Origin: Verrucomicrobiia bacterium
GTDB lineage: Bacteria; Verrucomicrobiota; Verrucomicrobiia; Limisphaerales; UBA11358
Length of the DNA stretch: 40,984 nt
Reading direction: 5' to 3'
NCBI GenBank assembly: GCA_041482195.1
Contig: JBGPDH010000003.1
Coordinates: 1 to 40,984, forward strand
Shown here one piece after another: positions 8,815 through 18,055 of this stretch (position 1 is the stretch's first letter; every line of letters begins with the position of its first letter). A program made the position numbers and the translations under genes. Below the pieces are notes generated by a model. The model ran no database searches. It was not told the origin of the DNA and saw only the letters and a list, made by a program, of their open reading frames with translations.

Positions 8815-9756
8815 TTATTTCATCCGGTCGAAATTCTTCTGGAGAATCTGCCAGTCTTTCAGGCCCTTGACCTTTTCCATGAAGCCGCGCTGGATCTCCG
8901 CTTCCTTGGCGTTCTTGGTCGGCTTGTTGTTTTTGTAAAAGATGCCGAAATAGCCCGGGAAATCCGCCCCCGCCAGTTTGTACGCGGCTAACTCGTCGGT
9001 CACGTCATGGTCTTTCGGGACTTCCTTGAAGACACCGCCCTTGCGCGGGTTCGCAGCGTCGAAGGCGCCTTCGTAAAATTCCACACACTCACTCAGACAT
9101 TCGATGAAGCCGAAGCCGTCGTGGTCCATCGCGGCTTCCATCATCGCCAGCACATGATTCGGGTTCGTGGACGTGGTACGCCCGACGAAGGTGGCCCCGG
9201 CGGAAATCGCCTGTTTCATCGGGTTGATGGGATAATCCACCGCACCCCACTGGTCGGTCTTGCTCTTGAACCCGAGCGGCGAGGTCGGCGAGGTCTGCTT
9301 TTTCGTCAGGCCATATACCCAGTTGTCCATGACCACATAGGTCATCTTGATGTTTTTGCGCGCAGTATGGTTGAAATGGTTGCCACCGATGGAAAAGGCA
9401 TCGCCGTCGCCTCCAAAAACAAACACGTGCAGGTCCGGGCGCGACAGGGAAATGCCCGTGGCAAACGGCAGGGCACGCCCATGGATGTAATGCACGCCGT
9501 GCGCCTGCACGAAGTACGGAAACCGGCTGGAACAGCCGATACCCGCCACGGTGGTGATGTTCTCATGCCACAGCTTGCGCTTCTCGATGAGCCTGAAATA
9601 AAGCGCAAGCACCGAGAAATCGCCGCAACCGGGGCACCACGTCGGGTGATCGGCGGCGATTTCTTTTTTCGTCAGGCCTTTGCGCTCGCTGCCTGGCGCC
9701 GGGGGCGCCGCGGAAACATTTTCGCGCTCAGGTATTTCAGCAATGGCTTCACTCAT
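8815..9756 (-). CDS. 2-oxoacid:ferredoxin oxidoreductase beta subunit
   Basis: WCPGCGD, GIGCSSR and the TPP-binding GDGD...DN..YGLTK motif. Confidence 0.95.
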   Translation of the reverse strand: MSEAIAEIPERENVSAAPPAPGSERKGLTKKEIAADHPTWCPGCGDFSVLALYFRLIEKRKLWHENITTVAGIGCSSRFPYFVQAHGVHYIHGRALPFATGISLSRPDLHVFVFGGDGDAFSIGGNHFNHTARKNIKMTYVVMDNWVYGLTKKQTSPTSPLGFKSKTDQWGAVDYPINPMKQAISAGATFVGRTTSTNPNHVLAMMEAAMDHDGFGFIECLSECVEFYEGAFDAANPRKGGVFKEVPKDHDVTDELAAYKLAGADFPGYFGIFYKNNKPTKNAKEAEIQRGFMEKVKGLKDWQILQKNFDRMK

Positions 9757-9787
9757 AAAATCGACAAATCGTTTTAACTCCTTAAAT

Positions 9788-11620
9788 TCAGACTGTTTTG
9801 GACGCCTCGCCGTTCGAGGCCAATTTCATTTTTACTGCCGCGAGAATTTCCTTCACTTTCCACGTCAGACCGTCGGTTTTGCTGATACTGCGGATGCGTG
9901 GATCCGCGTAACGCCCGCGCAACAGCGTGGCCAGCTGGCCCTGGCCGTACACGCCTTCATCGTTCATCTCGACGACCAGGACGTGATGGAAACCCGAAAA
10001 GATGTTGTCGAGACCGTTTGGCAGCGGATTGAGATGACGGATGTGCAGCGATGAAATGCTGTCACCCGCCGCCCGGGCGCGGTCCACGGCTTCGCGAATC
10101 GGCCCCTGGGTCGAACCCCAGCCCACCAGCAGCACGTTACCTTCGGACGGCCCGTAAATCTTCGGCGTCGGCAACGTGGCGGCCAGGGCCTGGAGTTTCT
10201 TACGGCGCTTGGCGGTCATTTGCATGTGCAATTTGGGCGAAGCGGTCGGATGCCCCATTTCGTCGTGCTCGAGGCCGGTGGCGATGGGATATTTGCCGCT
10301 GTTGACGCGTGTGCCGGGCACGATGCGCGGGACGATCCCGTCCGGGGTGGACAAATCGTACGGTTTGAAATCGGGAACCGGAGTAAGGTCGGGCGCAATG
10401 TTCTGGCAGATTTTTTCGAGGTTCGGCTCCAGAAATGCCTCGATGCGCGTGGCAATGGCCTGGTCGCTCAGAATCAGGACCGGCACGTTGTACTTGCGCG
10501 CAATGTTAACTGCTTCAATCGCGGTGTAGAAACAATCCTCCACATTCGTCGGCGCAATCACCACCCGCGGCGCGTCCCCGTGCCCTCCGAAACAGGCAAT
10601 GTACAGGTCGGACTGTTCCACGCTGGTGGGCATGCCGGTGGACGGTCCTCCGCGCTGCACGTCTACAATGACCAGCGGCATTTCGGCCATCACCGCCCAA
10701 CTGATCGCTTCGCTTTTCAGGGAAATTCCCGGACCGCTCGAACCGGTCACTGCCAGGCGACCCGCGTAACTCGCGCCCAAGGCCATGGAAATGGAGGCGA
10801 TTTCGTCTTCGCATTGGACAAACGTGCCGCCGTATTTCGGCAATTCACGCCGCAACAGTTCCATGATGTCCGACCAGGGTGTGATCGGGTAGCCCGCGCC
10901 AAAGCGAACACCGGCCGCGATGAGGCCGTGGCCCAGCGCCTCGTTGCCGTTCATGACGACCTGGTGGCCGTCACGCTTATGGCTTTCCGAAAACCGGAAA
11001 GTCTCCGCCAGATTGCTGACGTCATGGGAGTAACCGCCATGAAATGCCGCCAGCGCATGTTTAACGATGTTCTCGTCCTTGCCGCCGAATCGCTCGGCAA
11101 TAAGTTTTTCCAGTTTCGGCACGTTCAGGTCGAACATCCGGGCAATCAACCCCAGCGAATAAATGTTTTTGCCCTTGTCCTTGGCCGTACCGCCAATGGC
11201 TTCGATGGTAAGCGACGAAATCGGTATGCCGACATGGTGATAATCCTTCTGCCACTCCGGCTTGGGTTCAACGTGGTCGGTGTCATACAGCACGATCCCC
11301 CCCTTTTTGAGCGAGCCGATGTGGCCTTCGTAAGAGTGCTGGTAGAAGGCGAGCAACACATCGGCGTCGTCACCCGCGGTCAGGACTTCGCCGGAGCCGA
11401 TGCGCACCTGAAAGATCGAAGGCCCGCCGGAAATCGTGGAGGGAATAGTCATGAACGTCATGACTTCCTGTTCGCTGCGGCCGGCGAGCCGCGCGAGAAA
11501 TCCGCCGATGGCCTGGATGCCGTCCTGCGAATTGCCCGCAATGCGGATCACCGCTTCGTTAATCTTCGAAATTTTCGGTGCGCCGCCCGGGGACGACGCG
11601 GTTGCCATTGTATCACTCAT
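9788..11620 (-). CDS. 2-oxoacid:acceptor oxidoreductase alpha subunit (gamma-alpha fusion)
   Basis: N-terminal gamma domain, GYPITP, QCEDEI and QRGGPSTGMPT. Confidence 0.95.
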   Translation of the reverse strand: MSDTMATASSPGGAPKISKINEAVIRIAGNSQDGIQAIGGFLARLAGRSEQEVMTFMTIPSTISGGPSIFQVRIGSGEVLTAGDDADVLLAFYQHSYEGHIGSLKKGGIVLYDTDHVEPKPEWQKDYHHVGIPISSLTIEAIGGTAKDKGKNIYSLGLIARMFDLNVPKLEKLIAERFGGKDENIVKHALAAFHGGYSHDVSNLAETFRFSESHKRDGHQVVMNGNEALGHGLIAAGVRFGAGYPITPWSDIMELLRRELPKYGGTFVQCEDEIASISMALGASYAGRLAVTGSSGPGISLKSEAISWAVMAEMPLVIVDVQRGGPSTGMPTSVEQSDLYIACFGGHGDAPRVVIAPTNVEDCFYTAIEAVNIARKYNVPVLILSDQAIATRIEAFLEPNLEKICQNIAPDLTPVPDFKPYDLSTPDGIVPRIVPGTRVNSGKYPIATGLEHDEMGHPTASPKLHMQMTAKRRKKLQALAATLPTPKIYGPSEGNVLLVGWGSTQGPIREAVDRARAAGDSISSLHIRHLNPLPNGLDNIFSGFHHVLVVEMNDEGVYGQGQLATLLRGRYADPRIRSISKTDGLTWKVKEILAAVKMKLASNGEASKTV

Positions 11621-11916
11621 GAAAGCTCAAACTTAAATTTTAGACCGTGCAAGGTGAGATGGACCACGGGATGCGAATCAACACTGCACCATTGCCTTGT
11701 CACAGTAAGCTACGCGAAGCGAACGTGTCAAATTCTAATCCTGTATTTATGTGCTTTACAATTAACGACTTGGTTCATTTTACAGCGACATGACTGAGGT
11801 GGTGAAAGTTGAAATTAGTTCCATTTATAACCCCGTCCCAGCGGTGAATGTTTTCTTTTGTCATAATAAGCTACTTGCATGGCAATAACGGTGTAGGTTA
11901 GCGTCCACGGGATTAC

Positions 11917-12345
11917 ATGACGTTGCAGGAACAATACGATGATGCGATGTTCGATTTCAGCCGCAGCGACTTCGAGGGCGCCATCGCGAAGCTCAAGGCG
12001 GTACTGACCGCCGACCCGGCGTGTTTCGACGCCCAACTGGCACTGGGCATGGCGCATTATCGGCAGGGCGATTACCCCGCGGCCATCGCCGAGGGTCTTA
12101 AGGCGGAACAACTCCGTCCCCGCGAACAACTGGTGCACACAAATCTGTCGTTGTTTTATATGAAAGCCGGCGACAAACAAAAAGCCGAGCAGCACGGCCT
12201 GCAGGCGAAGATTGAATCCTGGCGGGCCGATGCCGCCCAGGCCAAAGCACCCGACGCCCAGCCCGTGAACGACACCGAACTGCAAATTGCGCGACCCAAA
12301 CCACCGCCGGTCAAATTTCCCAGCCAGCCCTGGAAGAAAAAGTAA
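11917..12345 (+). CDS. Tetratricopeptide-repeat protein
   Basis: TPR-like helices (FDAQLALGMAHYRQGDYPAAI; HTNLSLFYMKAGD) and a Pro/Lys-rich tail. Confidence 0.8.
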   Translation: MTLQEQYDDAMFDFSRSDFEGAIAKLKAVLTADPACFDAQLALGMAHYRQGDYPAAIAEGLKAEQLRPREQLVHTNLSLFYMKAGDKQKAEQHGLQAKIESWRADAAQAKAPDAQPVNDTELQIARPKPPPVKFPSQPWKKK

Positions 12346-12348
12346 ATC

Positions 12349-12437
12349 TGTGAATAGTTAAATGAGTAACAGGTTAAATGAATTGCCAGCGACCCCGGGA
12401 GACTCTAAAACTCATTTAACTGATTTAACCAGTTACC
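12349..12437. repeat. Paired inverted 8-nt-period repeats (GTTAAATG / CATTTAAC)
   Basis: TGTGAATA GTTAAATG AGTAACAG GTTAAATG at 12349-12380 versus CATTTAAC T GATTTAAC CAGTTAC at 12413-12436. Confidence 0.65.
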
Positions 12438-12450
12438 AGTCACCCTCAAG

Positions 12451-12732
12451 ATGAAAACCGCCTATGAACTCGCGATGGAGCGTTTGCAGAAAAATGCGCC
12501 GACCCGAAGACTGAACGAAACGCAGAAAAAGGAACTCGCAGAACTGGATTCCAAATACGCCGCAAAAACCGCCGGGCGCGAAATTGCCCTGGCTGATGAA
12601 ATCAGCCGGGCCCGAGCCGCCGGTGATGGGGAGAAAGCCGGAACGCTGCAAGAACAATTGGCTGCCGAACGCAGAAAGCTTCAAAGTGAATTGGAGGCGA
12701 AGAAGGAACAAATACGGCGGGCGGGGCAGTGA
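12451..12732 (+). CDS. Small helical hypothetical protein (MKTAYELAMERL...)
   Basis: 93-aa charged, coiled-coil-like ORF with native codon usage that fills the gap before tRNA-Leu. Confidence 0.75.
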   Translation: MKTAYELAMERLQKNAPTRRLNETQKKELAELDSKYAAKTAGREIALADEISRARAAGDGEKAGTLQEQLAAERRKLQSELEAKKEQIRRAGQ

Positions 12733-12776
12733 AAATTTCTTCGCCGGCCGGCGCGGCAGTTTTCGCGAATGAAAAA

Positions 12777-12860
12777 TGGTGCGCGCGAGAGGACTTGAAC
12801 CTCCAACCCTTGCGGGACCAGATCCTAAGTCTGGCGCGTCTGCCATTCCGCCACGCGCGC
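12777..12860 (-). tRNA. tRNA-Leu (anticodon TAG)
   Basis: GCGCGCG acceptor stem, D-arm TGGCGGAATGGCAGACGC, CCAGA-CTTAGGA-TCTGG anticodon arm, long variable arm, GTTCAAGT T-loop and encoded CCA. Confidence 0.96.
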
Positions 12861-12983
12861 GTGGCAACAACTTGCGCCCCGGACCGGGGAATCTCAAGTC
12901 CGCTTTTGTCGGCCGGTTTCGCCGGTTTTACCTTGAGCCAACGCGCGATTGCGCCTATCAAAAGGTTCGTTTAGGTTCGCACC

Positions 12984-13772
12984 ATGTCATTTGGGAATCG
13001 CCTTTGGTCCGCCGTGTTTGCCGTCTGGATCGGGATCACGTTGAGCGGCTGCCTGCCTTCGGACCAAAATCAGTCGGAAGAGGAAAAAGAGCCGCACTTT
13101 GTCCTCGGTAAAAGCCGTATTAACTCCATGGATTTTTCGGGCGCAGTTCAGGCCTTTGAAGAATCCCTGGAAACCAATCCCCACTCGGCCGCAGCTCACT
13201 TTGAACTCGGCTGGCTCTATGACGAGAAGGAATCCGACCCGGCGGCGGCGATCTATCACTATCGGCAATACTTGAAGCTTTCTCCCAATGCCGGTAACGC
13301 CGAGGTCATCCGGCAACGGATTGAGAGCTGCAAACAACAACTGGCCGCCGACGTACTCCCCTTGCCGAGCACGCCCGCCGCACAAAAGCAAATCAATCAG
13401 TTGATCGAACAAAACCAGCAATTGCAGGACGAAGTCAATAAGTGGCGCGCCTGGTACGCCAGCCAGACAGCGGGAAAAAATCCGGCTTCGCCGGTGCCGA
13501 ATTCCGACGTGATGCCGGGTCCCGCAACGCCGGCCTCGACCTCTTCGACGCCAAACACTTCCACTCCGGCCGGCCGGCCGGGCGACCGCGCTACGTCGCA
13601 TTCAACTGAGAGCAAGGCCACATCGCGCACGCACAGGGTTGCAGCCGGTGAAACCGCCGTTCGGATCGCACGCCAGTACGGCATCTCCCTGAATACCTTG
13701 CTGGCGGCCAACCCGGGTCTGGAGCCCAAGCGGATGCGGGTCGGCCAGATTCTGAACATACCCGCGCCATAG
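12984..13772 (+). CDS. TPR + LysM lipoprotein
   Basis: Lipobox LSGC, TPRs (AAAHFELGWLY), a Pro/Ser/Thr linker and a C-terminal LysM (HRVAAGETAVRIARQYGISLNTLLAANPGL..MRVGQILNIP). Confidence 0.9.
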   Translation: MSFGNRLWSAVFAVWIGITLSGCLPSDQNQSEEEKEPHFVLGKSRINSMDFSGAVQAFEESLETNPHSAAAHFELGWLYDEKESDPAAAIYHYRQYLKLSPNAGNAEVIRQRIESCKQQLAADVLPLPSTPAAQKQINQLIEQNQQLQDEVNKWRAWYASQTAGKNPASPVPNSDVMPGPATPASTSSTPNTSTPAGRPGDRATSHSTESKATSRTHRVAAGETAVRIARQYGISLNTLLAANPGLEPKRMRVGQILNIPAP

Positions 13773-13779
13773 GTTACCC

Positions 13780-14583
13780 ATGATTCCGCGCATTGCCTTT
13801 CTGCTCATCGCTGCGTTCTGGATCGCGATGAATATTCTGTTGTGGCGTGCCGAATACGTTCAGGGCGGTACCGGGATCCGCGTACCCATGGCTTTGGTCC
13901 TGCAGAAAATTTTAACTGCACCGGACATTTCCTCGCTGACCGTTTTTCAGAACGGCGAGCGGGTCGGATTCTGTGAACTCTCCACGAGTGTCGAACAGGA
14001 AATGGCCACGCTCGATGAGGGCAAACCCGTGCCGGAAGGCGTGAATAATCACGCGGGTTACCAAATTCGATTTAATGGGAATGTCGGCCTGGGCGATTTC
14101 TCCAACCGGCTGACCTTTAACGGAATGCTCGAATTTACCCGCCAGCGCGCCTGGCGTGAATTGAACCTGAAGGTGTCCTCGCATTTCGCCACCCTCCAAA
14201 TCCACTCGGTGGCCGCCGAACGAAGTATTCAACTGACCATTACCAGCGACGATATCAGCACCGAACGTGTGTTCAGTTTTGACGACCTGGAAAATCCCGC
14301 CGGTTTAGTACACGCCTTTGCCGGGACCCTGGGCAATGACTGGGTGGAAGGACTGGACCTGCCGGTGGTTTCCGGAACACCCGAGATGCTCGCGCAGAAT
14401 ATTCGCTGGGAAGCGCACCTGGACCGCCTGACGATTGGCCGGGAATCGGTGCCCGCCTATCGGCTGGAGGCACGCCTGCTCGACCATCCCGTCATCATTT
14501 ATATCAGCACGCTCGGCGAAATTTTGCGTGTCGAATTGCCCGGGGGGGTGATCGCCGCGTTCGATCAACTTGGTAATCCCTGA
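13780..14583 (+). CDS. Hypothetical membrane-anchored beta-rich protein
   Basis: N-terminal TM helix; lies between the LysM gene and the ABC ATPase with 7-8 nt gaps. Confidence 0.75.
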   Translation: MIPRIAFLLIAAFWIAMNILLWRAEYVQGGTGIRVPMALVLQKILTAPDISSLTVFQNGERVGFCELSTSVEQEMATLDEGKPVPEGVNNHAGYQIRFNGNVGLGDFSNRLTFNGMLEFTRQRAWRELNLKVSSHFATLQIHSVAAERSIQLTITSDDISTERVFSFDDLENPAGLVHAFAGTLGNDWVEGLDLPVVSGTPEMLAQNIRWEAHLDRLTIGRESVPAYRLEARLLDHPVIIYISTLGEILRVELPGGVIAAFDQLGNP

Positions 14584-14591
14584 ATCGCCCC

Positions 14592-15317
14592 GTGATTGAA
14601 CTGGTCCATCTGGTAAAAAAATTCGGCGACCTCGTGGCCGTCAACGATATCACGCTGACCATTCCACGCGGGGAATTCTTTGCGGTGCTCGGCCCCAATG
14701 CTGCCGGCAAAACGACCACGCTGAAGATTCTTGCCGGCCTTATGAAACCGACCTCCGGCAGCGCGCGCGTTTGCGGTTTTGACACACAGGTCGAACCGCT
14801 GGAAGTCCGCCGGCGTCTTGCGTATGTACCCGATTTTCCCTTTCTCTATGATAAACTCACGGCGGCGGAATTTTTCCGCTTTATGGGACAATTATTCGGA
14901 ATGACGGAGGTGCAAATTGAGTCGAACGTGAAGGGACTGGTCGCGCGTTTTCATCTGACCGACTTTGCCCATCTTCCCCTGGAAAGTCTTTCGCATGGCA
15001 CGCGCCAGCGCGTGGCCATTGTATCTGCCCTGCTGCATGATCCCGAAGTCTTTGTGATCGACGAGCCCATGGTGGGGCTCGACCCACAACATGCGCGCGT
15101 GGTAAAGGACGTATTCAAAGAACGGTCCCGCGCCGGGATGACCGTGTTGATGTCCACGCACGAACTGAGTGTAGCCGAGGAGATGGCCGACCGCATTGGC
15201 ATCATCAACTGTGGAAAACTGATCGCTGTCGGTACCCGCGACGAACTCCGCAAACAGAGCGGCAAGTCCGGTCCCCTGGAAGAAGTTTTTTTAACGTTGA
15301 CCGCCGAGGCGAAGTAA
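14592..15317 (+). CDS. ABC transporter ATP-binding protein (ABC-2/CcmA-like)
   Basis: Walker A GPNAAGKTT, signature LSHG, Walker B VIDEP and H-loop STH. Confidence 0.93.
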   Translation: MIELVHLVKKFGDLVAVNDITLTIPRGEFFAVLGPNAAGKTTTLKILAGLMKPTSGSARVCGFDTQVEPLEVRRRLAYVPDFPFLYDKLTAAEFFRFMGQLFGMTEVQIESNVKGLVARFHLTDFAHLPLESLSHGTRQRVAIVSALLHDPEVFVIDEPMVGLDPQHARVVKDVFKERSRAGMTVLMSTHELSVAEEMADRIGIINCGKLIAVGTRDELRKQSGKSGPLEEVFLTLTAEAK

Positions 15318-15378
15318 TGTGCCATTTAAACTCTTGCCTTTTGAGCCGTCGTTTTTAAAATGTGCCACGTTGGCGCGC
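15317..15378 (+). promoter_or_regulatory. Possible sigma70 promoter of the two-component operon, flanked by two AATGTGCCA boxes
   Basis: TTGCCT (15334-15339)-N16-TAAAAT (15356-15361), with AATGTGCCA near 15316 and at 15359. Confidence 0.35.
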
Positions 15379-15423
15379 CGGCAGTCTGATTTTTTTAATG
15401 AATCCGGCTATTAATAAACGGTT

Positions 15424-16674
15424 ATGGCAAAATCCAGCTTTCTTGACAAGGTGCTAGGTCGCATTGGGCGACTGGATGCCGAAGGTTTGCAAACCGTTGT
15501 CAAGCGATTGGCCCGGGAACGGAGTTTCCTCGAGACGCTGTTCAACACCATTGAGGATGGGGTACTGGTAGTCGATGAACAGGGGCGGATTATTTACTTC
15601 AATCAGGCCGTAACCCGTTTGCTGGGTTTGCAGCCGGGGACCGAAGGCCAGCACGTTACCCGTTTCCTGCCGGAACTCGACTGGGAAGATCTTTCGCGGT
15701 TTGACAGTGAAGGCGGGGCCCGCGTGGCACGGCACGAATTTGAGGTGAATTATCCGCGCCCGCGTTTCTTGCGACTCTACGCCGCCCCGCTCGACGGCAA
15801 GGCGGCCGGCAGTTCCGGCGTGGCGCTGATTTTGCATGATGCCACGGAGACGCGGCGAAAGACAATTGAAGCGATCGAAAGTGAACGGGTTCAGGCGCTC
15901 ACTTTGCTGGCGGCGAGTGTTGCGCATGAAATTGGAAATCCCCTCAACGCGTTGCACATTCATCTGCAGCTCATGGAACGCGAGTTGAAGAAGATGAACC
16001 ATGAGGGGTGGCGGGCAACGCCCGGCGGACGAGGTGCGGCCCCCGCGGCTTCACAACCGTCACTCCCGGAAATTTCGCATAAGCTTTCCCGGTATCTGGA
16101 GGTTGCGAAAGGAGAAATCAACCGGCTCGATTACATCATCACTCAATTTTTGCAGGCAATCCGCCCGGCAACGCCGCAATTGAAACCGGTCTCCCTGAAC
16201 GAAATAGTGGAAAAGACCCTCGATTTGCTCAAACCGGAGTTGATCAACCGCGGGCTGAACGTGAAAACCAGACTGGCCCGCCAGCTGCCGGCGACGCCGG
16301 CCGACGCAACCCAGTTGCAACAGGTATTGGTCAATCTCATTAAAAATGCGATGCAGGCGATGACCCGGGGAGGCACGCTGACGTTGCAGACCGGTGAAGG
16401 AGCGGAAGGCGTGTGGATGAGTGTGGTGGACACCGGTGGTGGGATTCCCGAGGAACAGATCAACCGCATTTTTGAACCATTTTTTACCACCAAAAAAAAA
16501 GGCACAGGATTGGGCTTGATGATTGTGCAACGGATCGTGCGCGCGCATGGCGGGAAAATCGAGGTGGAAAGCCACGCCGGCCGCGGGACCACGTTTCGGG
16601 TCTGGTTGCCCCTGCATGAACAGCGCCCGCGCCTGCTTGAAGAAAAAACCGAAGTACCGGCCGAAAAGTGGTGA
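15424..16674 (+). CDS. Cytoplasmic PAS-domain histidine kinase (NtrB-like)
   Basis: PAS domain, H-box AHEIGNPL, N-box NLIKNA, G-boxes DTGGG and GTGLGL. Confidence 0.93.
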   Translation: MAKSSFLDKVLGRIGRLDAEGLQTVVKRLARERSFLETLFNTIEDGVLVVDEQGRIIYFNQAVTRLLGLQPGTEGQHVTRFLPELDWEDLSRFDSEGGARVARHEFEVNYPRPRFLRLYAAPLDGKAAGSSGVALILHDATETRRKTIEAIESERVQALTLLAASVAHEIGNPLNALHIHLQLMERELKKMNHEGWRATPGGRGAAPAASQPSLPEISHKLSRYLEVAKGEINRLDYIITQFLQAIRPATPQLKPVSLNEIVEKTLDLLKPELINRGLNVKTRLARQLPATPADATQLQQVLVNLIKNAMQAMTRGGTLTLQTGEGAEGVWMSVVDTGGGIPEEQINRIFEPFFTTKKKGTGLGLMIVQRIVRAHGGKIEVESHAGRGTTFRVWLPLHEQRPRLLEEKTEVPAEKW

Positions 16675-18053
16675 TCGAGAAACCGACATTATTGATTGTG
16701 GACGACGAGAAGCCGACCCGTGATGGGCTGCGTGCGGCGCTCGAGGATCGCTACGACGTCTACGTGGCCGAAGATGCCAGGGCGGCGATGGATTTGCTGG
16801 AAAGTGAAAATTTTGACGTGTTACTGACGGATTTTCGCCTGCCGACCGAGGATGGCATGAAATTAATCGGGCGCGCCAAATCACTTCCCCGGCCGCCTAT
16901 TTGCATCCTGATGACCGCTTACGGTTCCGAAGAACTGGCGGTCGACGCCATGAAACGCGGTGCGGACGATTATCTTCCCAAGGGCCGGCTGCAGATTGAC
17001 GAACTGGAAATGCGGATTGCGCGCGCCCTGCGCCGGCAGGGCCTCGAGACGGAAAATGTTTCCCTGCGGCGCCAACTCGATACCAAATTCGGCCTGGAGA
17101 ACATCGTCGGTGAATCCGGCGCGATGAAGGAAATTTTTGAAGTGGTCCAGCAGGTTGCCCCGACCCGGGCCACGGTTTTGCTTTCCGGCGAGAGCGGCAC
17201 AGGCAAGGAGCTGATTGCCAGGGCCATTCATCAGCTCAGCCCGCGTGCGAAACAACCGCTGGTGATCGTGCATGGCGCGGCCCTGGCACCGACGTTGCTG
17301 GAGAGCGAGCTGTTCGGCCACGAGAAAGGTGCCTTCACCGGAGCGCACGAGCGGCGCATCGGCCGTTTTGAGCAGGCCCAGGGCGGCACATTGTTCCTGG
17401 ATGAAATCGGCGAGATTGATGCGGCCATTCAGGTGAAACTGCTGCGTTTTCTCGGCGAACGGACGTTCGAACGGGTCGGCTCCAACAAAACGATGACCGC
17501 GGATGTGCGACTCGTGGCTGCAACCAATAAAAACCTGGAAGGACTGGTCAAGGCCGGGGGTTTTCGCGAGGATTTGTTTTTCCGGCTCCGCGTGGTGGAA
17601 ATCCACCTGCCGCCGCTGCGCGAGCGGTCGGAGGACATTCCCCTCCTGGCCCAACGGTTTCTGCGGGAATTCGTGGAGGAAAACAACAAACCGATAAACG
17701 GTTTCACACCGGATGCTCTGGAGCGGCTGATGAATTATTCCTGGCCGGGGAACGTACGCGAACTGCGAACGGCCATTGAGCATGCCGTGGTGCTGTGCCG
17801 TGGCGAAAAGATTTCAGCGCGCGATCTGCCCCGACAGGTTTCCGAGGGTGGAAGTGGCGACCCCGGCGGGCGCACCGATGAGACGCAAGTATTTGCGCGA
17901 AATGATTTGACAGTGAAGGAGGCGGAGAAACAATTAATTATTCATGCTTTGAAAGAGACCAATGGCAACCGGACACTAGCCGCGAAAAAAGTCGGTATGA
18001 GCCGAAGGACATTTCACCGCAAACTGCACACGTATCATCTGGAAGGACTTTAA
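16668..18053 (+). CDS. Sigma54-dependent NtrC/AtoC-family response regulator
   Basis: Receiver domain, [31 protein letters not shown] and a Fis HTH. Confidence 0.95.
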   Translation: MVIEKPTLLIVDDEKPTRDGLRAALEDRYDVYVAEDARAAMDLLESENFDVLLTDFRLPTEDGMKLIGRAKSLPRPPICILMTAYGSEELAVDAMKRGADDYLPKGRLQIDELEMRIARALRRQGLETENVSLRRQLDTKFGLENIVGESGAMKEIFEVVQQVAPTRATVLLSGESGTGKELIARAIHQLSPRAKQPLVIVHGAALAPTLLESELFGHEKGAFTGAHERRIGRFEQAQGGTLFLDEIGEIDAAIQVKLLRFLGERTFERVGSNKTMTADVRLVAATNKNLEGLVKAGGFREDLFFRLRVVEIHLPPLRERSEDIPLLAQRFLREFVEENNKPINGFTPDALERLMNYSWPGNVRELRTAIEHAVVLCRGEKISARDLPRQVSEGGSGDPGGRTDETQVFARNDLTVKEAEKQLIIHALKETNGNRTLAAKKVGMSRRTFHRKLHTYHLEGL

Positions 18054-18055
18054 TT

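Noticed and set aside
10220-11797. 525-aa plus-strand ORF and similar long antisense ORFs (3086-3877, 25496-26419, 34878-35933)
   Set aside because: They lie opposite well-supported genes and show no recognisable motifs.
12777-12860. Integrated island at tRNA-Leu, tRNA-Gln or tmRNA
   Set aside because: No integrase and no duplicated 3'-end att repeat seen; the flanking genes look like core genes.
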